Shown piece by piece: positions 1 to 9,203 of a stretch of DNA of 61,206 bases (positions within the stretch are counted from its first letter, which is position 1; the number at the start of each line of letters is the position of its first letter). Source of the stretch: a virus (lineage: Duplodnaviria; Caudoviricetes); IMG/VR virus record IMGVR_UViG_3300031857_000181, positions 1 to 61,206 of that record; one strand, given 5' to 3'. Position numbers and translations under genes: made by a program. The notes under the pieces were generated by a model. That model ran no database searches. It was not told the origin of the DNA and saw only the letters and a program-made list of their open reading frames with translations.

Positions 1-1
1 G

Positions 2-100
2 GATAATCACGGAGAACCATTTGATGGTTATATGGAGGATGAAACAATGTTTAATCTAATAAAAGATATTATTGATTATGAACAAAGAACAAATGGATGA
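2..100 (+). CDS. 3' end of a hypothetical protein (truncated by window)
   Basis: Open frame DNHGEPFDGYMEDETMFNLIKDIIDYEQRTNG* ending TGA at 98-100, overlapping repeat copy 1. Confidence 0.6.
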   Translation, partial: DNHGEPFDGYMEDETMFNLIKDIIDYEQRTNG

Positions 101-151
101 ATTCCTCCAGTTAATTGGGGGTAATTACATACTTATATATAAAAAAATACT

Positions 152-589
152 ATGAAATTAATAATAAGCGAAGAACAATTTAAAATGATTGTTGAAAATG
201 CAACCATTAAAAACTTAGAAGATTATAAAAAAGGTAAGAGTGGATATTTTGGATATAAAATTGGTAAAAAAGATCCAAATCCTGATGAAATACTGAGTAA
301 GATATCTTCTATTGATGGTTTTTTAGATTTATCATATAGTAAAGTTACTAAATTACCCAATAATTTAAAAGTGCGTGGGTATGTAGCTTTGGACAATACA
401 AAAATTGAAGTACTTCCCAATGGATTTGAAGTTGAAGGCGATTTGTCGTTAACTAATTGTCGTAATCTTATAGATATTCCAAATGATATAATTGTTAACG
501 GTAATTTGGTTTTAAAAGGTAAAAAATTTGAAAAAAAAGAACTTACTAAAAGGTTACCATTTGTTTCAAATATTATAATAATGACTTAA
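152..589 (+). CDS. Leucine-rich-repeat protein with MK(L/I)II.E.Q N-terminal peptide
   Basis: MKLIISEEQFKMIVE; ~20-aa repeats LDLSYSKVTKLPNNLKVRGY / VALDNTKIEVLPNGFEVEGD; paralog of the 9.8-16 kb array. Confidence 0.8.
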   Translation: MKLIISEEQFKMIVENATIKNLEDYKKGKSGYFGYKIGKKDPNPDEILSKISSIDGFLDLSYSKVTKLPNNLKVRGYVALDNTKIEVLPNGFEVEGDLSLTNCRNLIDIPNDIIVNGNLVLKGKKFEKKELTKRLPFVSNIIIMT

Positions 590-696
590 CAAAACTTCTC
601 TTAAACAAATGAACAAAGAACAAATGGATGAATTCCTCCAGTCAATTGGGGGTTAATAATATATTAATAATAAAACAAAATTTATACCTAATTATT

Positions 697-957
697 ATGG
701 ATCTTACTGGAGCATATAAACACTATAATGAAAGATTAAAAGAAAGATTTAACCTTGAAATTACTTATGATGATTTTTTAAATAAATATGTATTCAAAAG
801 AACATTAAAGAAGAAATATACTGGAAAATATGTGAATTATCTATTTGGTGATGATATGGTAAATGTTTATTATATAACCAAAAAATATGAATACCCTATA
901 ACTGTATATAAATTGGATAGATTTAATAAAGGACGAATATTGTGTGTATTTAATTAA
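697..957 (+). CDS. Hypothetical protein
   Basis: ORF 628..957; ATG at 697 (MDLTGAYKH) preferred because 628 lies within repeat copy 2. Confidence 0.6.
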   Translation: MDLTGAYKHYNERLKERFNLEITYDDFLNKYVFKRTLKKKYTGKYVNYLFGDDMVNVYYITKKYEYPITVYKLDRFNKGRILCVFN

Positions 958-989
958 ACATAACTAATCTATAACCCACAACAAAACAA

Positions 990-1367
990 ATGAACAAAGA
1001 ACAAATGGATGAATTCCTCCAGTCAATTGGGGGACTTAAAAATGGTTTTAAATTGGAATCAAATCCAATCACAGATTCAGATTTCTTTGAAGTTGATTCA
1101 GGTTGGTTTCCACTAATCAAAGACCTTATCACCGACCTTATTGAACTTGGTTGGAATAAAGAAGTATGTCAAGTTAAAGAAAAGTTCGGAGGACTCAGAT
1201 TTTATATCAATGATGGATCAGATGAAGTATTCAACCGAATTCATAAAGCCGAAAAAGAAAGTTTGACAATTTGTGAAATTACTGGTAAGGTTGGGGAACT
1301 AAGAACCGACATTCCTTGGTTTAGAACATTGTCAGACGAAGAATATCTCAAACTAAAAAATAAATAA
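990..1367 (+). CDS. Conserved phage hypothetical protein
   Basis: GW..LI..L / QVKEKFGGLRFY / ICE..G motif typical of a widespread phage family. Confidence 0.75.
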   Translation: MNKEQMDEFLQSIGGLKNGFKLESNPITDSDFFEVDSGWFPLIKDLITDLIELGWNKEVCQVKEKFGGLRFYINDGSDEVFNRIHKAEKESLTICEITGKVGELRTDIPWFRTLSDEEYLKLKNK

Positions 1368-1369
1368 CC

Positions 1370-1738
1370 ATGAAAAAATTAAAAAAGTTATTTGTTCCTT
1401 GCTCCCAATCACGCCAGTTAAAAGAACTTGGTTTTGATGAACCTTGTTTTGGTATCTTTATTGATGGAAATTTTAATTTAATATTTACAGATAGACAAGT
1501 TAGTGATAAAGTTATTTCAGCACCAACATTCTCACAAGCATTCAAATTTATCCGTGAGAAATATAATCTTATTGGACTAGTTGAGGGTGGTTATGATAAT
1601 GGTAAAAATATATTCACATATGTGATTTGGGAGGGATTCAAAGATATCATCACTGATGATTATTTTGAAACACCAGAAGAAGCTGAATTAAATTGTTTAA
1701 ATGAACTTATAAAAATGTTAAAAGAAAATGGAAAATAA
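1370..1738 (+). CDS. Phage hypothetical protein
   Basis: LKELGFDEPC..APT.SQAF..REK motif as seen in Bacteroidota phages; tight gene packing. Confidence 0.7.
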   Translation: MKKLKKLFVPCSQSRQLKELGFDEPCFGIFIDGNFNLIFTDRQVSDKVISAPTFSQAFKFIREKYNLIGLVEGGYDNGKNIFTYVIWEGFKDIITDDYFETPEEAELNCLNELIKMLKENGK

Positions 1739-1922
1739 ACAGACAGCTGTAGAATGGTTAGTTAAAAAAATAGAACTTACAGACTTTTGGAAAGAAGAAA
1801 TTCAACAAGCCTTGGAAATGGAAAAGGAGCAACACGAAGAAACATTTGAAGCTGGTTATGGTGATTTATATACATCTTTTGAACAATTTTATTTAGAAAC
1901 ATTGAAATCCAATAACACATGA
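1728..1922 (+). CDS. Small phage protein (QTAVEWL family)
   Basis: KQTAVEWL..A.EMEKEQ; paralog of the next gene. Confidence 0.7.
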   Translation: MENKQTAVEWLVKKIELTDFWKEEIQQALEMEKEQHEETFEAGYGDLYTSFEQFYLETLKSNNT

Positions 1923-2137
1923 CAGCAGTAGAATTCTTAGTAAAAGAATTATTAAAAAGAAGTGATGTAAAATATATCAATAATTTTAATACTTTAGTTG
2001 AACAAGCAAATCAAATGTTTGAGGAACAGATAATGGATGCCTTTCAAGAAGGTAAGTGGGACTGGAATGATCATTTACAAAATTTCACAATAACAAAAGA
2101 TCCTAAAGAATATTACAACGAAACTTATAAAAAATAG
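1919..2137 (+). CDS. Small phage protein (TAVE.L family)
   Basis: MTAVEFL..QA.QMFEEQI.DAF..YYNETY; ATGA overlap. Confidence 0.7.
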   Translation: MTAVEFLVKELLKRSDVKYINNFNTLVEQANQMFEEQIMDAFQEGKWDWNDHLQNFTITKDPKEYYNETYKK

Positions 2138-2142
2138 ATAAT

Positions 2143-2565
2143 ATGAATTCATTAAAATGGTTACAATCACAATTGGAAAACAATTACGGAAACCCAGACC
2201 AATGTGAAATAGAATGGAAAGACCTAGACAAACTATTCAAACAAGCTGAAAAATTTGACACCTTAAAAGGAAAAATATTTGAAGTCACAGAAGAACATCT
2301 AAAGTTACTTAAACATTCTCATGTTATGTGGAGAGCGTCAGAATATGGAGCACCAATGATTGATCCCAAACGACCTTATGGTAATACCTCAGTAGAATCC
2401 GATATAGCGGAAATATTGGGGTGGGAGGAATTAGATAGTCAAAGAGCTGAAAAACTTCACAGAGAACTTGAAATAGTCCTTCAGATAGTACTAGTAACAC
2501 AAACATTTCAAATAGGTATATATTACCTCGAAAATGAATATACAACAGACTGGATAAAATTATAA
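2143..2565 (+). CDS. Hypothetical protein
   Basis: Tightly packed ORF with IDPKRPYGN motif. Confidence 0.7.
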   Translation: MNSLKWLQSQLENNYGNPDQCEIEWKDLDKLFKQAEKFDTLKGKIFEVTEEHLKLLKHSHVMWRASEYGAPMIDPKRPYGNTSVESDIAEILGWEELDSQRAEKLHRELEIVLQIVLVTQTFQIGIYYLENEYTTDWIKL

Positions 2566-2566
2566 T

Positions 2567-2767
2567 ATGATATTAGCACAAGTAATTTTTTTAATACACG
2601 ATATCAATGATAAGGAAATATACCTACCATTCCCCCCAAGAAAAGGTGAAACATTTGTATTCCCATTTGTAAAAACAGGTATAATGGATTTCAAAATCAA
2701 AGACATTGAATGGGTATTTGATGAATGTAATAAGTTCACCAAGATTAGAGTTTATTTGGAAGATTAA
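2567..2767 (+). CDS. Hypothetical protein
   Basis: Starts immediately after the previous gene. Confidence 0.55.
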   Translation: MILAQVIFLIHDINDKEIYLPFPPRKGETFVFPFVKTGIMDFKIKDIEWVFDECNKFTKIRVYLED

Positions 2768-2824
2768 AAAAAAGTAAATAGAAAATAGATGTGTTAATGA
2801 TATTTATTATTAAAATACACATCT

Positions 2825-3106
2825 ATGAAAAAAAAGTACTTCTTCATTGAAATGTTCAAAGACCAAAATGACATCAACGAAAAATCTGTTGTTGGTTTCA
2901 TTTCCTTTATGATGATGGTCATTGCGATGGGTGTTGATATTGTTACAGGTATCACTGGAAAAGAATTGTTAATCAATCAATTCATCTTCGATGGATTTAT
3001 GTATCTAACAATTGCTTCATTCGGTATTGCTTCAGTTGACAAATGGATTGTTTCCAAAAGAGGAGACAAATCAGAAACACCATCAGATCCAACATTACCA
3101 ATGTAA
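2825..3106 (+). CDS. Small two-TM membrane protein (holin-like)
   Basis: Hydrophobic segments VVGFISFMMMVIAMGV and FIFDGFMYLTIASFGIAS; TATTTAT upstream. Confidence 0.6.
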   Translation: MKKKYFFIEMFKDQNDINEKSVVGFISFMMMVIAMGVDIVTGITGKELLINQFIFDGFMYLTIASFGIASVDKWIVSKRGDKSETPSDPTLPM

Positions 3107-3130
3107 AAACAAAAAAAAACAACATTAGTG

Positions 3131-3161
3131 AAGGTGATAGGTTTATCTTATCACCTTTTTT
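3131..3161 (+). terminator. Intrinsic terminator
   Basis: AAGGTGATA..TATCACCTT hairpin followed by T-run. Confidence 0.75.
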
Positions 3162-3175
3162 AATATTTATTAGTT

Positions 3176-3937
3176 ATGAAACTACATGAACAAATAAATA
3201 GAATACAAGAAATGATGGATAAAATCACCAATGAGGATTTTACCGATTATGGGGATATATCAAATCCTGACAAACTTGAAAAGGATTTTAATAAGTACAT
3301 CTCAACCCAAAACCCAAGAGGTGTTGGAAAAATACATCAAAGTATTGGGGATAATTTATCTGACACAATCAAAGTTCTTAAAAATGATTTTGGGTTTGAT
3401 AAAATTGAATATGCTGGTGAAGGACATTTCGGAATGGCATTCATTGTTAATGATGACAAGATACTCAAATTAACTAACAATGAAGACGAAATCAGAGGAA
3501 TTAAAAAAGTATTAAATAAAGATATTCCTGGTGTAATACATTATTATGATATAAAATACTATCCTGACTCAAATGTCTACGCTATTCTTATGGATAAAGT
3601 TGATTTATTATCACCAGAAGAGGAAACCGTTTATACCACAATGTATAATGAAGGATCAACCTTTTCTGATTCCGATTTTTGGGATGAATATGACGATGAT
3701 GATGAAATAAGAGATGAATTAATTGATAAATTACAAGATAGATTACAAAATCCTGAAGAAGAAGATGAACTTGAGTCTTATGACTTGGATTATGATGAAA
3801 TTGTTAATTATATCGAAAAATATAGAGAACTACTTAATAAACTTGAAGAAAATGGAGTACCAACAGCTGATTTACACGGAGGAAATATCGGAGTAAAAGA
3901 TGGAGAATTAATCCATTTTGATGTAATGGATTTTTAA
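3176..3937 (+). CDS. Protein kinase/APH-like phosphotransferase with MKLHEQINRI N-terminal peptide
   Basis: Gly-loop GEGHFG, ILK lysine, catalytic DLHGGN and HFD motif. Confidence 0.7.
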   Translation: MKLHEQINRIQEMMDKITNEDFTDYGDISNPDKLEKDFNKYISTQNPRGVGKIHQSIGDNLSDTIKVLKNDFGFDKIEYAGEGHFGMAFIVNDDKILKLTNNEDEIRGIKKVLNKDIPGVIHYYDIKYYPDSNVYAILMDKVDLLSPEEETVYTTMYNEGSTFSDSDFWDEYDDDDEIRDELIDKLQDRLQNPEEEDELESYDLDYDEIVNYIEKYRELLNKLEENGVPTADLHGGNIGVKDGELIHFDVMDF

Positions 3938-3948
3938 ATATTAATAAT

Positions 3949-4392
3949 ATGAAACTACAAGAACAAATACAAAGAATACAAGAAATGATGGGAAATAATA
4001 ACCCAAACTTTCAAAATGAAGCCTCTGACAAGTCTTTGGTTATGCAAAATAAGTATAATGAAGAAATTGAAAAAACACAACTTTACAATTATCTATTGAA
4101 TAGATATGAAATTCAAGAAATAGATGGTAGATATAAATTATTTGATAAAATTGATAATCGAAGTTATTTTACAAATAATAATCAATCAAATAAAACTATT
4201 GACTCGTTAATTTGGAATGTGGGGTTTGAAATAGACAAAATGGGTGAAAAAGAACTAATAAAAATATTCAAGTCATTTTGTAAAAAAATTAATTTGAATT
4301 GGGATTGTGATAGAGATAAAGAAACTATGTTTAATATGATGATTAGACAAGTGGTACACTACTTTTTTTTAAAAATTAGAAAAGAAATTTAA
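3949..4392 (+). CDS. Hypothetical protein with MKLQEQIQRIQEMM peptide
   Basis: Shared N-terminus with neighbours. Confidence 0.7.
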   Translation: MKLQEQIQRIQEMMGNNNPNFQNEASDKSLVMQNKYNEEIEKTQLYNYLLNRYEIQEIDGRYKLFDKIDNRSYFTNNNQSNKTIDSLIWNVGFEIDKMGEKELIKIFKSFCKKINLNWDCDRDKETMFNMMIRQVVHYFFLKIRKEI

Positions 4393-4393
4393 T

Positions 4394-4648
4394 ATGAACC
4401 TACAAGAACAATTAAATAGAATACAGGAAATGATGGGACTTATTATGGAGGATAAGACAATAACTTGTAAATGTGATCATTCTTGGAAATTATCTGATGG
4501 TGGGAATGACCCATATTTATGTCATAAGTGTGGTCACGATAACTCAAAGACAGAATTAACCGAAAAATGCTGGACAGGTTATACACAAAAAGGAATGAAA
4601 ACAATGTTCGGAAAAAGATACCCTAATTGTGTTAAAAAAACAAAATGA
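4394..4648 (+). CDS. Small Cys-rich protein with MNLQEQLNRIQEMM peptide
   Basis: CKC..CHKC zinc-ribbon-like segment plus CW.GY..KG.K...PNCV motif. Confidence 0.7.
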   Translation: MNLQEQLNRIQEMMGLIMEDKTITCKCDHSWKLSDGGNDPYLCHKCGHDNSKTELTEKCWTGYTQKGMKTMFGKRYPNCVKKTK

Positions 4649-5127
4649 TGAACCTACAAGAACAATTAAATAGAATACAGGAAATGATGGGGATAGATTC
4701 CGATAATGAAAAACGACACATTGATTGGAGTTCCTCCAAGATTGTAAAAAGAAATCCTGATTCCACCATCATATACCTGTCACCTGAAAAAGTATTGGGA
4801 AGAGTGGGAAAAGATATGGGTTCAGGATTTGATATTAGAAATCAAGGTGTTAGAATTGGTGATAGATTGGAAAAAGCTAAAGAATGGTTGAAAAATCGTG
4901 AAATCTCCACATACCAAGCAACGATGTTATATGTTGAACCTTGGTATTATGGTGATGATAATCAAATACATTATTATGATGAGCCCAAAATAGGAATATC
5001 AGATGGAAGACACAGATTACTAGCTGCTTATCAATTAGGTATTGAAGAATTTCCCTTTGAAATATTTAATAGGGATGAAGAACAACAAATAAAAGATGTG
5101 GAATACTTGGAATCAAATTTAAAATGA
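4648..5127 (+). CDS. ParB/Srx-like domain protein with MNLQEQLNRIQEMM peptide
   Basis: ISDGRHRLLAAYQLG motif; 5' ~44 nt identical to the start of gene 4394. Confidence 0.65.
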   Translation: MNLQEQLNRIQEMMGIDSDNEKRHIDWSSSKIVKRNPDSTIIYLSPEKVLGRVGKDMGSGFDIRNQGVRIGDRLEKAKEWLKNREISTYQATMLYVEPWYYGDDNQIHYYDEPKIGISDGRHRLLAAYQLGIEEFPFEIFNRDEEQQIKDVEYLESNLK

Positions 5128-5789
5128 AAATAATAATATCAGAACAACAATTAAAGAATATCATTACAGAAGGGAGATATAGTCAAACCGTAAGACAAAT
5201 CAGCATGGATATAATGAAGGAAGTTATGACATTTATCAAAAGCGATGATGAAGATATGGAATGGGAGGATAGTTATACCCAAGAGACATTTCATGGTGAA
5301 GATGATGAAGAAATATTTAGTGTTAAACTTAATCTCATAAAGAATGATTCCGATTTACCTTTTGATATTGACGCAGCATATGATTTTGATGATGAAGAGG
5401 AATACATTAATTATTTAGAATTCAATGTTGATATCAACCCTGACTTATTCGTTGACAAACAAATTAATAAGTTTTTAGCTGAACTGAAAGATGCGATTAG
5501 ACATGAAATAGAACATTTATATCAATCTGAAAATCCTAATAAAAGAGTTAAACATAAAAAATCATCAACACTGGCACAAGAAGTATTAACGCCAAGAGAA
5601 CTACCAGCATATATCCAAGGTTTTTATACCCAAGCCAAAACAAGAAAAATGTATATGGATGATGTTATTGATGAATGGGCGGAAGAAAGAAAAAACAATT
5701 TCAAAAACAAAAAAGAAATAGATAAAGTTAAAAATAAATTAATCGAATTCGGAAAGAAATTATTACCGCAAGCAAAATGGAAAAACTAA
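5124..5789 (+). CDS. HExxH zincin-like protein with MKIIISEQQL peptide
   Basis: IRHEIEHLYQ and downstream E.PAY..G. Confidence 0.6.
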   Translation: MKIIISEQQLKNIITEGRYSQTVRQISMDIMKEVMTFIKSDDEDMEWEDSYTQETFHGEDDEEIFSVKLNLIKNDSDLPFDIDAAYDFDDEEEYINYLEFNVDINPDLFVDKQINKFLAELKDAIRHEIEHLYQSENPNKRVKHKKSSTLAQEVLTPRELPAYIQGFYTQAKTRKMYMDDVIDEWAEERKNNFKNKKEIDKVKNKLIEFGKKLLPQAKWKN

Positions 5790-6112
5790 TTAGAAGAATA
5801 TTGAGGGAAGAATTATTAAATGAATCAAATTTTTTTCGTAGAAGAATTGATTTAGACGAGTTTGAAAGATTACTTCCACTTAACGCACAACAAGTATTTT
5901 ACGAAACAAGAAATGTATTTAACGAAACAAGAAGTTACCAACAATTTAAATATGAATTAACTTTAAGAGCCGTGGAAGCAATAATGTGGAATGACTATGA
6001 ACTTGGGTGGGAAGATTTACCAGAACAAGAAGAAATTGATTTTGTTACTGAACTATCGGATATGTTTGAGAAAACAATTAAGCGACTATATAAAATCTAC
6101 CGTAATAAATAA
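5777..6112 (+). CDS. Hypothetical protein (RRRI family) with IRRILREE peptide
   Basis: FFRRRI motif shared with the 8149-9202 paralogs. Confidence 0.7.
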   Translation: MEKLIRRILREELLNESNFFRRRIDLDEFERLLPLNAQQVFYETRNVFNETRSYQQFKYELTLRAVEAIMWNDYELGWEDLPEQEEIDFVTELSDMFEKTIKRLYKIYRNK

Positions 6113-6459
6113 TGAACTTACAAGAATCCATAAGAAGAATATTGAGGGAAGAACAAAATAAAAAAGTGGACTTAACCCCATTATTTAAAAAACTATTAAA
6201 TAGAGAAATCGTTAAAGAAAACTCAGACATTTTGTGTGGGATTGAAGTTGTACATCCTGATAACAGAGAAAGTCTCATAGGAAATAAATTTGATAGATAT
6301 AAAATAACATTCATATTTATTGGTGATCCGAGATATCAAACATTGGTAATTAGAGATAGATATGAAACAATAATGAACGAAGCTTGGGATATAATCTATA
6401 GTTATACTTCACAAGCCGTTGACATGTACTCCAAAACTGTAAAATCCTGTAATGAATAA
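6112..6459 (+). CDS. Hypothetical protein with MNLQESIRRILREE peptide
   Basis: Shares AGAAGAATATTGAGGGAAGAA with the 5' end of gene 5777. Confidence 0.7.
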   Translation: MNLQESIRRILREEQNKKVDLTPLFKKLLNREIVKENSDILCGIEVVHPDNRESLIGNKFDRYKITFIFIGDPRYQTLVIRDRYETIMNEAWDIIYSYTSQAVDMYSKTVKSCNE

Positions 6460-7213
6460 TATAGAACAAACAATCAAAAGAATATTAATGGAGTCTCATA
6501 TACCTCCACCAATTTATCTTAGAAGAAGATTCTCAGAGGATGAATTAAATAAAATATTCAGAGATTCTGTTGACTATGTTCTTCAAAGTGAAGGATATAA
6601 ACATTTGGCGTTAAAAAGAAAAAAAGAAGTTGTCGCCGCTTATATGATGGATGATTTACATCCAGTACTTTCAAATAGTGGTACACAAGATTTTAATTAT
6701 GATGAAATATTTAATTACCTTGTTCATTACTATTCACCAAAAATAGAAAAAGTTTTGAATTTAAACGAACAAGTTGACAACTCAGCAAAAATCAAATTAA
6801 AAAAAATAATTGATAACCAAGGACTTCTTGATGTAATTAGAGCATTAGGATTAGAAAAAGTTTCAAAAATACTTCAATTAGAACCAATAGACATTGCTAG
6901 AGAATATTTTGAAAATAAAGTTTACTCCATACATGATTTTGGTGTCCGTACAGGATCATATGATTTCAGGTTCAAAATAACTGATATTATACGAAATGAA
7001 GGTGATGATGATACATGGTATGTATATGTAAAAATAGTAAATGGTACAGTTGATATAGATGGTGATGAAACATATGATTTATGGGATTCTGATTTATGGG
7101 AACAAGACTGGTGGTGGGAAATACAAAATGAAATTGGTGATATACTTTTCGATATATTATTTATAGTCAAGGGTGGAAACGCAGAAATAGAAATAGTACA
7201 CAACTTAAAATGA
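6452..7213 (+). CDS. Two-module hypothetical protein
   Basis: IKRILME peptide, YLRRRF module, internal LNEQ, then acidic module. Confidence 0.7.
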   Translation: MNNIEQTIKRILMESHIPPPIYLRRRFSEDELNKIFRDSVDYVLQSEGYKHLALKRKKEVVAAYMMDDLHPVLSNSGTQDFNYDEIFNYLVHYYSPKIEKVLNLNEQVDNSAKIKLKKIIDNQGLLDVIRALGLEKVSKILQLEPIDIAREYFENKVYSIHDFGVRTGSYDFRFKITDIIRNEGDDDTWYVYVKIVNGTVDIDGDETYDLWDSDLWEQDWWWEIQNEIGDILFDILFIVKGGNAEIEIVHNLK

Positions 7214-7608
7214 AAATACAAGATACACTAAAACAAATACTAAAAGAAGAATTATCTGAAGAGATAAAGGCTAACGAAGCCTACTCAGATTATAACTCAA
7301 TCAAAACAATTGTTGATGGAAAAAGAGATGTTGCATTTGTCAAAAAATCAACATACATCTATCTGTTAAGCAAATACCATGGACTCAAAGTAATTAAAGT
7401 TCCAAATTCAGATAATTATATCATTTATAAAAAAGGTGCAGAAGATCAAGCAAATGAACTTCTAAACATTGCAAACAAATATGGTGGATTTCTACACTGG
7501 CAAGCAACTGATGAAGACTCAAGAAGAATCGGACAACTACTAGGATATAATCAAGAGGATATAGAAGATTACATTAAGAACCGTAAGAAAAATAAACCTG
7601 AAGATTAA
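7210..7608 (+). CDS. Hypothetical protein
   Basis: LKQILKEE peptide; IGQLLGY motif. Confidence 0.7.
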   Translation: MKIQDTLKQILKEELSEEIKANEAYSDYNSIKTIVDGKRDVAFVKKSTYIYLLSKYHGLKVIKVPNSDNYIIYKKGAEDQANELLNIANKYGGFLHWQATDEDSRRIGQLLGYNQEDIEDYIKNRKKNKPED

Positions 7609-8165
7609 TCTTCAGATTTCATTCTCTCATATTTCGGTAATAAAATTTCATACTGTTTCTCAATCATTTCATATGTTGTCGGTAAATACACTGATTCAAA
7701 CCATTCGACTAATTCGTCAACATTATTAAAACCATCAGGATTATCAAAAGACTCATAAGAATCGTCATCATTACGAGAGTCATAACTCCATTCACCATCA
7801 GTTGATGATAAAAAATCTGTTTGAACAGGAGTAGAATTACCCGCATGATATGGGGTGGAATAAGATAAAGTATCCAATTTTTCACCTTGATTATCCCAAA
7901 AACATACCCATCTCCCCCCGCCAGCATTATAACTTATATCACAATTCTTATATTTTTTGTTCATCTTAACTAATTCAGGAGTGAACATATATGCAGTCGC
8001 TTCATCCATATTATAAAAGTCATCCCCCTTAATTGGTATACCCAAAATCTGAGCCAATTTAATTTTACCAATACCCAAAGTATTTGATGTTTCATCAAAC
8101 CCTTCTTCCTGATACAACTTTTTGATTGTTTTAATAAATTTATCTTCACTAATTATTATCTTCAT
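7605..8165 (-). CDS. Hypothetical protein with MKIIISE peptide
   Basis: Last gene of the minus-strand operon. Confidence 0.7.
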   Translation of the reverse strand: MKIIISEDKFIKTIKKLYQEEGFDETSNTLGIGKIKLAQILGIPIKGDDFYNMDEATAYMFTPELVKMNKKYKNCDISYNAGGGRWVCFWDNQGEKLDTLSYSTPYHAGNSTPVQTDFLSSTDGEWSYDSRNDDDSYESFDNPDGFNNVDELVEWFESVYLPTTYEMIEKQYEILLPKYERMKSED

Positions 8166-8511
8166 CTTCTAATATTTTCTTAAGTTTTTCTTTTATATAT
8201 TTACCATATTTCATTTTAATTCTATCTGTCATCTCATTAGTATAATCAAATAATCTATCATCTTCAGTTCCGCCCCACTCACTAGGAATTGTACTCCAAA
8301 CAACATGATGAATAATATCATTCATATGTCCTGCAAGACCGCGTGGATCATGTTTTAAAACCTTCGCAGTCCTATATCCAATTCTCTCATCAATATCACT
8401 CTTTATATTGATAAAATGGATTCTCCTACGAAAAAAAGGATCAAGCCCATCATAGACATCGTCAACCTTATTTAGTTCGTTATATTGAGATTCTGTTATT
8501 ATTATTTTCAT
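8149..8511 (-). CDS. RRRI-family paralog 1
   Basis: MKIIITESQYNELNKVDDVYDGLDPFFRRRI. Confidence 0.75.
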   Translation of the reverse strand: MKIIITESQYNELNKVDDVYDGLDPFFRRRIHFINIKSDIDERIGYRTAKVLKHDPRGLAGHMNDIIHHVVWSTIPSEWGGTEDDRLFDYTNEMTDRIKMKYGKYIKEKLKKILEDEDNN

Positions 8512-8861
8512 TTTAATTTCTCGATAGTTTTTCTTTTTATTTCATCACCATACTTATCCATAATTCTATTACCCATTAAATCATCGTATTCGTCTATCTT
8601 ATCATAATCCCATTCAGGACTCCATACTCTCGATTCCCATATCAATCGTCTTACAATTTCTCTAATTAATTTAGCCAATTCTTTATCAGAGATAATATCT
8701 TTCACATAATAGTTTTTCAACACCCAATAAATCTTTTCATCGATTTTATCTGAAATATTTATCATTCTAATTCTTCTTCTATAATAAGGATCCAATCCAT
8801 CATAGACATCGTCAACCTTATTTAGTTCGTTATATTGAGATTCTGTAATTATTAGTTTCAT
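8508..8861 (-). CDS. RRRI-family paralog 2
   Basis: MKLIITESQYNELNKVDDVYDGLDPYYRRRI; 5' ~60 nt nearly identical to paralog 1. Confidence 0.75.
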   Translation of the reverse strand: MKLIITESQYNELNKVDDVYDGLDPYYRRRIRMINISDKIDEKIYWVLKNYYVKDIISDKELAKLIREIVRRLIWESRVWSPEWDYDKIDEYDDLMGNRIMDKYGDEIKRKTIEKLK

Positions 8862-9202
8862 ATATCCAATTTCTTTTTAACCAATCTTTTAATGTATTCA
8901 CCATACTTGTCCATTATATTAGCTGACATTATATCGTGATATTCAAATAACTCCATACTAGTATTATATCCCATTTCTGCTGGTATTGTTTCCCATACGA
9001 TAGCACTAATAATCCTTTTAACTAAATAATCTACACTAACTTTGTTTTCATAAAATCGGTGTAGATTATTCATTATTTGATTAATTGACTGGGGAATGTC
9101 AATAAACTCAATCCTTCTTCTAAAATAAGGACTTAATCCATCATAGACATCATCGGCCTTAGTTAATTCGTTATATTGGTCTTCAGTTATTATTAGTTTC
9201 AT
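8858..9202 (-). CDS. RRRI-family paralog 3
   Basis: Start reassigned to MKLIITEDQYNELTKADDVYDGLSPYFRRRI. Confidence 0.75.
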   Translation of the reverse strand: MKLIITEDQYNELTKADDVYDGLSPYFRRRIEFIDIPQSINQIMNNLHRFYENKVSVDYLVKRIISAIVWETIPAEMGYNTSMELFEYHDIMSANIMDKYGEYIKRLVKKKLDI

Positions 9203-9203
9203 A

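Larger units (their letters stand above)
78..1033 (+). repeat. Three direct copies of a 44-bp sequence (78-121, 609-652, 990-1033) equal to the 5' end of gene 990..1367
   Basis: ATGAACAAAGAACAAATGGATGAATTCCTCCAGT(C/T)AATTGGGGG read at all three positions; one gene lies between each pair. Confidence 0.95.

Noticed and set aside
78-1033. Three 44-bp repeats as a CRISPR array
   Set aside because: The intervals are 340-490 bp and contain whole genes, the repeat is a coding 5' end, and no cas genes are present.
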